Shown: in pieces, positions 7,665-15,503 of the stretch
Position numbering within the stretch: the first letter of the stretch is position 1
Layout: each line of letters opens with the position of its first letter
Assembly: GCA_964534375.1 (NCBI GenBank)
Contig: CAZHPN010000104.1
Location: 1-20,438 of the forward strand
Direction: 5' to 3'
DNA length: 20,438 nucleotides
Source: an uncultured bacterium
GTDB lineage: Bacteria; Lernaellota; Lernaellaia; Lernaellales; Lernaellaceae
Translations under genes and position numbers: made by a program
Notes under the pieces: model-generated
What the model was told of the DNA's origin: nothing
Seen by the model: the letters and a program-made list of their open reading frames with translations, nothing else
Database searches by the model: none

Positions 7665-10600
7665 TTGAACGTACGCCGACGGCAACTTGGCGACAGCCGC
7701 GGAACGCGCGGGACATTTTTGACGGGCAGCGCCCGCCGCCGCGGGCGAATTTTCACGGCGCTCGCGATCGCCTGCCTGCTCGGCGTCGGGATCTCGGGCG
7801 CGGACAGCGACGATTTCACCAGCGCCTGGGACGGCCGGACGTTCGTCGCCCACGGGCCGGCGTTTCCCGACGGGCAATGGCAGGTGCGCGCCGACGCCGT
7901 GCCGACCGGCGCCGAACCGGGCGACAGACTCTCGTGGCTCGTGCATTTCGAGATGAAGAGTTCGGCGCTGCGAAAATTCGGCGCGCGCGTCGAGCAAGTC
8001 CGGCTCGCGTTGGCGGCGCGGCGCGTCTGCGACGCCGACGGGCATTACCGCGACCAGAACGGCTATTTCACTTCCACTTATCTCACCCCCGGCGGCCTGC
8101 CCATCGAGGGATATCAATATCTCATCGCCAACAGCCGCGTCGGCGGCCCCTACCGCACGCCGCTCGACGTCGCGGTCGACGCGCCGCGCGACGCCTTGCG
8201 GTTCTTGGGCGACGGCTTGAGCTTTTCGCTGCCGGTGGACGCGCCGCTCGCGCCCGATTTCCCCGCGGGCCTTTATCGCATTGAAATGGCGTTTTTCGCG
8301 TCCGTCGGCGGCCACTGGATTCCGCTGCACGCCCTGGGCGCCGCCGACCTCGAGCTGCCCGGCGGCTGCGACCCGGATTACGAACAGCGCTATTTCTATC
8401 AGAAAATCCTGCTGCCGCCGTTGCGCGTCGGCAAGATCAAACGGCCGCGGATGATTTGGACGCTGTTCGGCGAACTGCGCTCGAACGGCGTCTCCGGCGT
8501 GGTGGCCAACGAGGATGCGCCGTATTTCGCGATGTCCAATCGCATCAAGCCGCAAACGCGCTACGTGCTGCCGTGCCAGCCCGACCGCCAGGAGTGCGTG
8601 TTTCGCCTCGGCCCGGATTTGCCGACCGTCGCCGCCCATCGCTCGAAGATTTTTTTCAGCAAGGAATACGGGGGCGACACGCTCGATCTCGACTACGCCA
8701 AGGGCGAGGTCGCCATTCGCGTCACGCGTCCCGACGGCCGCACGGACGACCTGGGAACCCACGCCTTCAACGGCCGCGGGGCCGCCGGGCCGGAGATCAA
8801 GGATCGCAAGACGCGCTACCGCTTCGACCAATTCGGCAAATATGAGATCCACATGAGCGGCGACATGGCCGACCGCTTCGGGAACCGGTTTCAGGCCGGC
8901 GGGACGTATGAGGTTTGGGTGGCGTATCCGCTGACGTTCGCCACGGCGATCAAGCCCGGCACGCCGCTGAAGGTCGGCGACGCCTATCCGGTCGCGGCGA
9001 CGATCAATCCGCCCGTGCCCGCCGCGGTGACCGCCGTCGTTCGCTTCTTTCCGGGGCTGCGCCCGCACGAAACGGTCGAGACCGTCTACGCGGGGACCGC
9101 GCAGAAATTCGGATATTTCTTCCCGGACCCGGCGCAGCGGCCGTTCGTGTTTCCGGAACCCGGCGAATACGCGCTCGACCTCTTCGCCGTCTACACGGCG
9201 CCCAGCGGGCGCGTCTACATGGGCAACCTGAAGAACGCGTCCGTCGTCGCGCCCGCGGAGGAAACGCTGACCATTGTCGGCGGCAATCAGCGGATGCTGC
9301 CCCGCGCCTTCGATGCGCTCTGCGCCTTCGACGAAATCTATTGCTACAATTCGACGATCTACTTTCCGCACGACTCCGGCAAGGTGTTTCGCTTCTTCGG
9401 CAACTCGGCGCCGCACCAGATCATCACGCCGAATATGGCGGTCGAGGAGCCGAGCGGGTTCCTGCAACAAGCCGTCGATCGCTCGTTTCCGGCGGGCCTG
9501 GTGAAGCTCGATCGGGCGTCCGGCGACGGCAGCTATACGGCGACGCACGCCGCGTTCCTCCCCGGCAGTCAGGATATGCTGCGCGTCTGCGCCGAGGGGC
9601 GCGGCAGCGGGAAATATCTGCCGCTGATGAGCACGACGACCGCCGGCTACTCGCCGTTCGAGTACTCGGAACTCGTCGACCGCCGCGGCTACTTCTACAT
9701 CGCCGCGTCGCGGCCCGGCTTTCCCGCCTACTTCGTCGTCGCCTCGTCGGCGATCAACGAGAATTACTGGTCGGCCGGCGGCGGCGATTACGCCGGCACG
9801 ATCGGCGCGGCCAAGCGCGGCGACCAGCCCGGCGACATCTATTGGTCGGTCGTCGGCGGCCTCTTCGCCGACGGCCAAGCCAAACGCGATTTCTACGGCG
9901 AATACGGCGCGGCCGGGATCGCCGCGCCGCGCGGCGACCTGTCGATTTTCGACGACGCGGCCAAGGCGCCGATCGCCACGGTGAACGGCGTCAACCTGGA
10001 ATTCTACGGCGGCGTCGGACCGGCCCCGGGGACGATCTACGAAACCGGCGCGGTGAAAGGCGTCGGATCGATCGCCGTGCCGATGACGGCGCACGACGTG
10101 GAGATCCGCGTCGTCAAACCCGACGGCCAAACGCTGGACTGCCGCGGACGCGCCGATCGCATCGGCAACTTCTTCTGCCCGGACGGGTCGCTCGTTTACG
10201 ACCAACCCGGCGTTTATCGCATTTTCGCCCGTTTCGCCGAAGGCGCGGCCGTCGGGACCGTGCCGGGCGCGCGGGCCGGCTGGTACCGCACATACGCCGT
10301 CGCGAAAGACACGCCCTACCGCGTGCTGTTCGACGGCAATTTGTTGAAACCCGTCGCGTTCGACGAGGCGCTAAACGTCGCCGGCCAAGTCGAACCGCCG
10401 TTGCGGTCGGGCCGGGTCTATTACTCGGTCGTCGCGCCGGGAATCTTGATCGACGAGGGCGCCGTCGATTTGAGCGGCGGCCGGTTCGGCGTGTTGCTGC
10501 TGCCCGACCAGATCGGCGCCGAGTTCGCCAACCTGCACGATCATCCGAGCATCGTCCCCTTGAAATTCGGCGGATTTCCGACGCCGCGCGGTCTCGCCGA

Positions 10601-10787
10601 GCTTTGGCAATCCATGGTCGGGCACAAACGCCGCGCGCTATCCGACACGGTGGAAATCACAATTTTCGTCGAGGGCGTCGATGCGGACGGAAAGCCGGCG
10701 ACGGCCGGCGGCAAATTCGTCCTGCGCGGCAGCCGCGTCATGATTCCCGACGCTTTCCTCGCCCCGGAAACGGCGGGCCGCCGATGA
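7665..10787 (+). CDS. Large exported hypothetical protein (about 1040 aa) with repeated Ig-like beta-sandwich modules
   Basis: Long ORF with host-like GC3-rich codons. A basic stretch plus hydrophobic segment (RRRGRIFTALAIACLLGVGISGA) looks like a signal or anchor. No catalytic motif recognised. The start is uncertain (TTG 7665 with AAGGT upstream, or a later codon). Confidence 0.85.
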   Translation: MNVRRRQLGDSRGTRGTFLTGSARRRGRIFTALAIACLLGVGISGADSDDFTSAWDGRTFVAHGPAFPDGQWQVRADAVPTGAEPGDRLSWLVHFEMKSSALRKFGARVEQVRLALAARRVCDADGHYRDQNGYFTSTYLTPGGLPIEGYQYLIANSRVGGPYRTPLDVAVDAPRDALRFLGDGLSFSLPVDAPLAPDFPAGLYRIEMAFFASVGGHWIPLHALGAADLELPGGCDPDYEQRYFYQKILLPPLRVGKIKRPRMIWTLFGELRSNGVSGVVANEDAPYFAMSNRIKPQTRYVLPCQPDRQECVFRLGPDLPTVAAHRSKIFFSKEYGGDTLDLDYAKGEVAIRVTRPDGRTDDLGTHAFNGRGAAGPEIKDRKTRYRFDQFGKYEIHMSGDMADRFGNRFQAGGTYEVWVAYPLTFATAIKPGTPLKVGDAYPVAATINPPVPAAVTAVVRFFPGLRPHETVETVYAGTAQKFGYFFPDPAQRPFVFPEPGEYALDLFAVYTAPSGRVYMGNLKNASVVAPAEETLTIVGGNQRMLPRAFDALCAFDEIYCYNSTIYFPHDSGKVFRFFGNSAPHQIITPNMAVEEPSGFLQQAVDRSFPAGLVKLDRASGDGSYTATHAAFLPGSQDMLRVCAEGRGSGKYLPLMSTTTAGYSPFEYSELVDRRGYFYIAASRPGFPAYFVVASSAINENYWSAGGGDYAGTIGAAKRGDQPGDIYWSVVGGLFADGQAKRDFYGEYGAAGIAAPRGDLSIFDDAAKAPIATVNGVNLEFYGGVGPAPGTIYETGAVKGVGSIAVPMTAHDVEIRVVKPDGQTLDCRGRADRIGNFFCPDGSLVYDQPGVYRIFARFAEGAAVGTVPGARAGWYRTYAVAKDTPYRVLFDGNLLKPVAFDEALNVAGQVEPPLRSGRVYYSVVAPGILIDEGAVDLSGGRFGVLLLPDQIGAEFANLHDHPSIVPLKFGGFPTPRGLAELWQSMVGHKRRALSDTVEITIFVEGVDADGKPATAGGKFVLRGSRVMIPDAFLAPETAGRR

Positions 10788-11110
10788 AAAAGTCGCTCCC
10801 CGCGCTCGTTCTCGCGCTCCTGGCCGACGCGCTGACTTTCGGGTTGTGCTGTGTCACCTTCTGGCTGCTTTTTCGGTTATGCCGCACGGATTTTGCCAAC
10901 CGCGTCGGCTATCTGCTGTGGTTGCGCGCGTCGCCCGAAGACCAAGTGAATTATTTTCGGCTGCTCTTCGTGAAGCGGACGCTGCCGCTCGCCGCGTCGC
11001 TCGTGGCCGGCGCGACGGGCGTCGCGATTTTCAACCGCGCTTGGCGCCAGCGCGCCCTTGCGCGAATCCGCCAACGCCCTGCGCGGCCGCCGCGCAGTCG
11101 GTCCGCGTGA
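10784..11110 (+). CDS. Small two-TM membrane protein (108 aa), translationally coupled to the upstream gene
   Basis: ATGA overlap at 10784-10787. MKKSLPALVLALLADALTFGLCCVTFWLLF...LPLAASLVAGATGVAIF, then an Arg-rich tail. It is the real 3' part of the spurious 8915..11110 ORF. Confidence 0.75.
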   Translation: MKKSLPALVLALLADALTFGLCCVTFWLLFRLCRTDFANRVGYLLWLRASPEDQVNYFRLLFVKRTLPLAASLVAGATGVAIFNRAWRQRALARIRQRPARPPRSRSA

Positions 11111-11122
11111 GCGCCGGCCGGC

Positions 11123-11206
11123 GAATGCCGAATGCGGAATGCGGAATGCGGAATGCGGAATGCCGACAACGGACCACCGACCACTGGCCAGTGGCCACTG
11201 ACGACC
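11123..11206. repeat. Array of 12 in-phase degenerate heptamers between convergent genes
   Basis: gaatgcc, gaatgcg x4, gaatgcc, gacaacg, gaccacc, gaccact, ggccagt, ggccact, gacgacc. Contains the perfect palindrome CCACTGGCCAGTGG (11181-11194). Confidence 0.9.
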
Positions 11207-11208
11207 GC

Positions 11209-11973
11209 CTATCGACAAATCTCGCTCGACCGCTCCGCGAGCCCCTCTATCTTCTCGGCCCCGATCGCGTCGGGCGCCTTGTCGCGCATTCGTTCGGCCA
11301 CTTGTCGCCACGCCGCGTCGTCATGGGCGTACGCGCACATGCGCCGGTAAAGGAAACTGACGTCGTGGCATAACCCGCAGAAGTTCTGGAAATCGAATTG
11401 GCGCTGGGCCGCCGCGGCGCCGAGCGTCCTCGGCCGGCCGCGCCGGCCGGCCAGCACGTGCGCCACGATCAGGTCGGCTTCCCATTTTTGAATCGCGAAG
11501 TTATTTTGCGCCGTGTGCTGCCGCAACAGCGTTTCGAGCGTGCGGTCTTCCAGCGCCAGATACGGTTTCAACGCCCCGCGCGAATGGCAACGCCCGCAAC
11601 GCATCCGGAAGAGCAGGGCGCCGTCGGCGGAGCGCCGGCGGATCAGAAACTCGGCGATGCGGCCGCGGGCGGCGGCGGAACTCAGGTCCGGGTTGTCCGG
11701 CTTCTTGTCCGCCATCCGGTCGACCGTTTTCCGCCACTCGCCCGGCGCCATCGCATACCGGTGCGGCAGGCTTGCCGCATGGCAGCGGCCGCAGGCGTGC
11801 GCAAATTCGGCGTGGCCGCGGGTGACGGTCCAGGAAAGGCGTTCATAGGCGGCCAAACCGAGAAGCGACGCGAGGAAAACGATCGCGATGGCGAGCAACG
11901 CAACCCGCGCCAAAAAGATCGGTCGAAACCGGCCTTTGCCGCTGCATTCCGAACGTGAAGGGAAACGGATCAT
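11209..11973 (-). CDS. Membrane-anchored tri-heme c-type cytochrome
   Basis: N-terminal TM segment (VALLAIAIVFLASLLGLAAY) and three CxxCH motifs (CGRCH, CGRCH, CGLCH), two followed by WxxxVxRM. The ATG at 11973 has GAGGG upstream; an alternative start is 12003. Confidence 0.85.
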   Translation of the reverse strand: MIRFPSRSECSGKGRFRPIFLARVALLAIAIVFLASLLGLAAYERLSWTVTRGHAEFAHACGRCHAASLPHRYAMAPGEWRKTVDRMADKKPDNPDLSSAAARGRIAEFLIRRRSADGALLFRMRCGRCHSRGALKPYLALEDRTLETLLRQHTAQNNFAIQKWEADLIVAHVLAGRRGRPRTLGAAAAQRQFDFQNFCGLCHDVSFLYRRMCAYAHDDAAWRQVAERMRDKAPDAIGAEKIEGLAERSSEICR

Positions 11974-12030
11974 GCGCCCTCGACCGACGGACGCAGTATT
12001 CATCAGGCGAGCGACAGAGTCAAAGTGCGC

Positions 12031-12086
12031 GGTCGAAGTCGGATGGGAGCCGTATTTTCGCTTCTTTTCCGGCCGCGACTTCGACC
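12031..12086. terminator. Long hairpin between the CLC and cytochrome genes
   Basis: Perfect 11-bp inverted repeat ggtcgaagtcg (12031-12041) / cgacttcgacc (12076-12086) with further imperfect inner pairing, 17 nt past the CLC stop. No clear U-tract. Confidence 0.4.
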
Positions 12087-12103
12087 CGCCGGCCGGACAT
12101 CAT

Positions 12104-14020
12104 TCAAGTTGGTGCGCCGGCGGCCGGGTTCGCTTTCACGCCGCCGCCGGACTCGCCCCCGACCATTTGACTTTCCGTTGTCGATTCCACTGTTGGCAGG
12201 CCCGCCATGACGCGCTGGTACGCCAGAAGAATGTCGGCGAGCGTCAAAATCCCCGCGACTCGTTGATCCGCGCCGTCGACCACGACCAGGACTTCGTCGA
12301 GGTGGTTGTTGCGCAGCATGCGTTGCGCCCGATCGAGCGTATCCGTCTCGCGCACGAAAAATGGGCGTTTTTCGATCAGTTCGTCGGCCGTCGACGTGTC
12401 GGCCATTCCCTCTTGCACGGCGTTGATCAACTGGTCGATGTGGAAGGCGCCCAGCAGGCGGCCGTCTGGCGTGGCGACCGGAAACACCCGCTGCCGGGTC
12501 GTCTCCGCGGCGTTCATGACCTCGGTCAGCATCATGTCGGGCCGGACCTGAACATAGCGCCGCTTCCGGCGGTAGACGTCGCCGACGCGGAGGTGGGACA
12601 CAATGTCGGGCGCCGTCGCCCCGAGCTGCGGCAGGGCCAGCGCCCGCGACCGAAGTTGGCTGCGATAGATGGTCCAGTCGCGGCTGACGAGGAAGGCGAA
12701 GGCGCAGACCCACATGCTCGGCACGAGCAGTTCGTAGTCGCCCGTCAGTTCGCTGACCATGATGACCGTCGAGATCGGAGTTTTCGCCGCCGCGGCGAAG
12801 AAGCCGGCCATGCCGACGACGGCGAACGACATCGGATGTTGCACCACGCCGGGCATGATCCCGTGGAACGCGTTGCCGACCGCGGCGCCGAGCGTCGCCC
12901 CGATCACCATCGACGGGCCAAACACGCCGCCGCTGCCGCCGGAGCCGATCGAGGCCGACGTCGTTACGATCTTGCCGAGCGCCACGGCCAGCAGCATCAG
13001 AATCGGAATTCCGGCGCCGTCCGCGTAAATCACATGCTGAATGACGCCGTAGCCGCTGGACAGCACGCAGCCGATGTCTTGGGTTTGGCCGAACGCCAGT
13101 ATCAGCCCCAGCCCGACGGCGCCGGTCACCGCGCCCCCGAGCATCGGGCGCAACGGCGCGGGCAAAGGCAGGCTGGCGAACATCGTGCGCGTCGTATAGA
13201 ACGCTTTGATGTAAACCAGCGCGCCGAACGCCACGACCAGGGCCAGCACCAGATACGGTCCGAGTTCCAGCGGGTTCGAAAATCCGTGCGTGCCGGCGCC
13301 GGAAAACATGTGCCCCCAACCGAAATGGCCGGCATAAACCGCGTAGGCCACAATCGACGAGACCATCGCCGGCAGCAGGACGTCCGGTTCGACCTCGGCG
13401 GAGGAGTAGAGCACTTCGGCGGCAAAGATCGCCCCCGCCAGCGGCGCTCGGAAAATTGCGCCGATGCCGCCGCCGATGCCCGCCGCGAGCAGCATCCGGC
13501 GGTCCCGCGAACTCAGGCCCAGACGCGTCGCCAGGAAGCTTCCGAAGCCCGCGCCGATCAAGGCGATCGGCCCTTCCCGCCCGCCGGAGCCGCCCGTGCC
13601 GATGGTGATGGCCGAGGCGATCAACTTGACCAGGGGCACGCGCGCGCGGATGCGCCCCAGCTTTCTATGATAGGCGTCGATCGCCGCGTCCGTGCCGTGG
13701 CCTTCGGCCTCCGGGGCCAGCCAGAAGACCAGCAGGCCGGACAACAGACCGCCGAGGGCCGGAAAAACGACGACGAGGAAGGGCACGAACGAATGCAGGC
13801 GCAGGCCCAGCACCGGCGGTTCGCCTCCGGGCCTCCCGATGTCGAGCCCGACGACGGCGGTCAGGCACAACTCGCGGATGGACAGGAGCCCAAACTGCAG
13901 GACGATCGCCCCGAGGCCGCTGACGATGCCGACGAGGACGCCGAGCGCCAGCCATTTCCCCGCGATCGTGAAATCGAATCTGCCAACCAGCCATTTGAGC
14001 CGTTTTTTCACGGCGCGCAT
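12104..14020 (-). CDS. CLC family chloride channel/Cl-:H+ antiporter with a C-terminal CBS pair
   Basis: Motifs GHGTD, GGSGGREGP, FRAPLAGAIFAAEVLY, GGSGGVFGP and AKTPISTVIMVSELTG, followed by two CBS domains (FPVAT..GRLLG; VLVV...VAGILTLADIL). ATG 14020 (MRAVKKR) is preferred; the ORF extends to 14047. Confidence 0.93.
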   Translation of the reverse strand: MRAVKKRLKWLVGRFDFTIAGKWLALGVLVGIVSGLGAIVLQFGLLSIRELCLTAVVGLDIGRPGGEPPVLGLRLHSFVPFLVVVFPALGGLLSGLLVFWLAPEAEGHGTDAAIDAYHRKLGRIRARVPLVKLIASAITIGTGGSGGREGPIALIGAGFGSFLATRLGLSSRDRRMLLAAGIGGGIGAIFRAPLAGAIFAAEVLYSSAEVEPDVLLPAMVSSIVAYAVYAGHFGWGHMFSGAGTHGFSNPLELGPYLVLALVVAFGALVYIKAFYTTRTMFASLPLPAPLRPMLGGAVTGAVGLGLILAFGQTQDIGCVLSSGYGVIQHVIYADGAGIPILMLLAVALGKIVTTSASIGSGGSGGVFGPSMVIGATLGAAVGNAFHGIMPGVVQHPMSFAVVGMAGFFAAAAKTPISTVIMVSELTGDYELLVPSMWVCAFAFLVSRDWTIYRSQLRSRALALPQLGATAPDIVSHLRVGDVYRRKRRYVQVRPDMMLTEVMNAAETTRQRVFPVATPDGRLLGAFHIDQLINAVQEGMADTSTADELIEKRPFFVRETDTLDRAQRMLRNNHLDEVLVVVDGADQRVAGILTLADILLAYQRVMAGLPTVESTTESQMVGGESGGGVKANPAAGAPT

Positions 14021-14101
14021 CCTAGGGAAGTCGTTTCGAACAATCAAGCGCCGCGAGCGACGATTCCGCAGCCGAAGATCGCGTCGCGAACGCCGCGCCT
14101 T

Positions 14102-15019
14102 TCATCTGCCCTTGCCGGAAACTTGGCGCAATCGAATGCGTCCCTGGGACATAATCTGCGCCAGGAAAGGATCGGTGATCTTTCTTTCGAGAGAAATCGC
14201 GTAGTAGTGTTCTTCCAGGCCGCTCATGGCCCCAACCTCGTGCACGTTGTACGTCTCCTCCACTTCGGAGCGGAGCGCCGAACGAATCGGAAACAAGCCT
14301 TGCCCGAACGCGCCGAAAACCCGGAGCAAGCCCGCGTCGTCCAGCTCGGCGGCGACATCGACTGCGATGCCGCGATCCGCGAACCATTTCTCCATCGCCA
14401 AACGCAACCCTGTGCCAGCGGAAGGCATAATCAACGGCGCCCCTTCGAGCGACGCCGGAAATCCTTCCCGATAGCGGGCTGCGAGCTTCGCATCGCCATA
14501 CAAAAGGATATCCGTGCGGCCAAGCGAATGCGTGTGGATTCGGCTCAACGCGCCGCCGCGGGCCGGCGAATCGGAAAGCACTAGCTGCAAACGGTTCGAG
14601 GTCAGCAGCGCCAGCAGGTCGTCCAGCGGCGCCTGGCGAACGGTCACGGCGACGCCCTTCGTCGCGTCGAGCACGGGTTCGATCAGGCGGTAGACGATCG
14701 TTCGCGGCAGCGTGCCGACAATGCCAAGGCGAAACCGTTTGCGGCGTCCGGCGGCACGGCCGCGCGCAACGTCGACCATCTCGCTTCCCAGGCGGAAAAT
14801 ATCGTTCGCGTATTCGGCCACCTGGGCGCCGAACGGGGTAAGGACCAATTTTCTGCCGCGCCGGTCGAAAAGCTGCCCTCCCAAAAACACTTCGAGCGCC
14901 CTGAGTTGAGCGCTAAGCGTCGAGTGGGTCAAGCTAAGTCGGACCGCCGCCCTGGAAAGGTTCCCTTCCTGCGATATGACCCAGAAATAAAACAGGTGGT
15001 GGTAGTTCAGCCATTCCAT
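14102..15019 (-). CDS. nhaR: LysR family transcriptional regulator, NhaR-like (305 aa)
   Basis: MEWLNYHHLFYFWVISQEGNLSRAAVRLSLTHSTLSAQLRALE is an NhaR-type HTH. AELDDAGLLRVFGAFGQGLF and EEHYYAISLERKITDP are NhaR-like C-terminal motifs. The true start is ATG 15019, not 15178. Confidence 0.88.
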   Translation of the reverse strand: MEWLNYHHLFYFWVISQEGNLSRAAVRLSLTHSTLSAQLRALEVFLGGQLFDRRGRKLVLTPFGAQVAEYANDIFRLGSEMVDVARGRAAGRRKRFRLGIVGTLPRTIVYRLIEPVLDATKGVAVTVRQAPLDDLLALLTSNRLQLVLSDSPARGGALSRIHTHSLGRTDILLYGDAKLAARYREGFPASLEGAPLIMPSAGTGLRLAMEKWFADRGIAVDVAAELDDAGLLRVFGAFGQGLFPIRSALRSEVEETYNVHEVGAMSGLEEHYYAISLERKITDPFLAQIMSQGRIRLRQVSGKGR

Positions 15020-15025
15020 GGCCGT

Positions 15026-15055
15026 ACTGTAGAATAAAACGACAAGTGTTGTCAA
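15026..15055 (-). promoter_or_regulatory. Sigma70 promoter for nhaR (predicted leaderless) overlapped by a LysR T-N11-A box
   Basis: TTGACA (15055-15050), 18 nt, TACAGT (15031-15026), then 6 nt to the ATG, with no SD. T-N11-A at 15030-15042 (tagaataaaacga) and a gacaa-gtg-ttgtc inverted repeat at 15041-15053. Confidence 0.6.
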
Positions 15056-15124
15056 TCTTTCGTTATTGTCGTCGGATTCGTCAGACGTTAACGTGGGCCG
15101 ACGCGACACATGAGGGCGTTCGAA

Positions 15125-15487
15125 ATGCATGTCGAAGTTATCGATCGCGGGATCGAAATAACCAGCGATATCGAACAATTGGCGAGAGACGTGCTAGGCA
15201 CGTTGATGGACCATTTTTCACCGGATATCGATCTCGTGAGGGTCCGCCTGAGTCCGGAAGGCCGTTCGACCACCGTTCGATGCAAGGTTCGCGCCTGGCG
15301 CAGCGACGGTCCGACGATCGTTGTCACGTCTTGCGGAGAATCCGTTGCCGACGCCATCCACACTTCAGTTCAGATTCTCCAAAAAAACATCCGCCGGAAA
15401 AAAGATCGTTCGGCAAGTCGCCGTGCACGAGGCACGCTTCGGAAAGTTGCCGATTATGAGCTTTTTTTCACCCCGATCGCGCAATAG
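15125..15487 (+). CDS. HPF/RaiA family ribosome-associated protein-like (divergent)
   Basis: MHVEVIDRGIEITSDIEQLARDVLGTLMDHFSPDIDLVRVRL...RCKVRA...IVVTSCGESVADAIHTSVQILQKNIRR matches the beta-alpha-beta-beta-beta-alpha HPF pattern. GAGGG RBS before ATG 15125; divergent from nhaR. Confidence 0.75.
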   Translation: MHVEVIDRGIEITSDIEQLARDVLGTLMDHFSPDIDLVRVRLSPEGRSTTVRCKVRAWRSDGPTIVVTSCGESVADAIHTSVQILQKNIRRKKDRSASRRARGTLRKVADYELFFTPIAQ

Positions 15488-15503
15488 CGATGGATGACGA
15501 TGC

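Noticed and set aside
3554..7819. 1421-aa minus-strand ORF
   Set aside because: Antisense shadow of the S8 gene caused by GC3 codon bias; Arg/Val/Ala-rich with no motifs.
7617..10205. 862-aa minus-strand ORF
   Set aside because: Antisense shadow of the 1040-aa gene.
8915..10783. 5' part of the 731-aa plus-strand ORF, suggesting an overlapping gene or frameshift fusion
   Set aside because: Poly-Arg off-frame translation; only the portion from ATG 10784 looks like a real protein.
11123..11206. CRISPR array or coding repeat (MRNAECG ORFs)
   Set aside because: 7-bp units without spacers and no cas genes. The ORFs crossing it are translations of the repeat.
12104..14101. Fluoride-specific CLC-F with a fluoride riboswitch
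   Set aside because: Has GHGTD/GREGP rather than the CLC-F GNNLI/GREGT motifs, and no riboswitch consensus is present in the upstream gap.
11888..14584. 898-aa plus-strand ORF
   Set aside because: Antisense to the CLC and nhaR genes, with no recognisable domain.
15020..15178. N-terminal extension of the LysR ORF to 15178
   Set aside because: It overlaps the divergent HPF-like gene and promoter, and LysR homology begins at MEWLNYHH.
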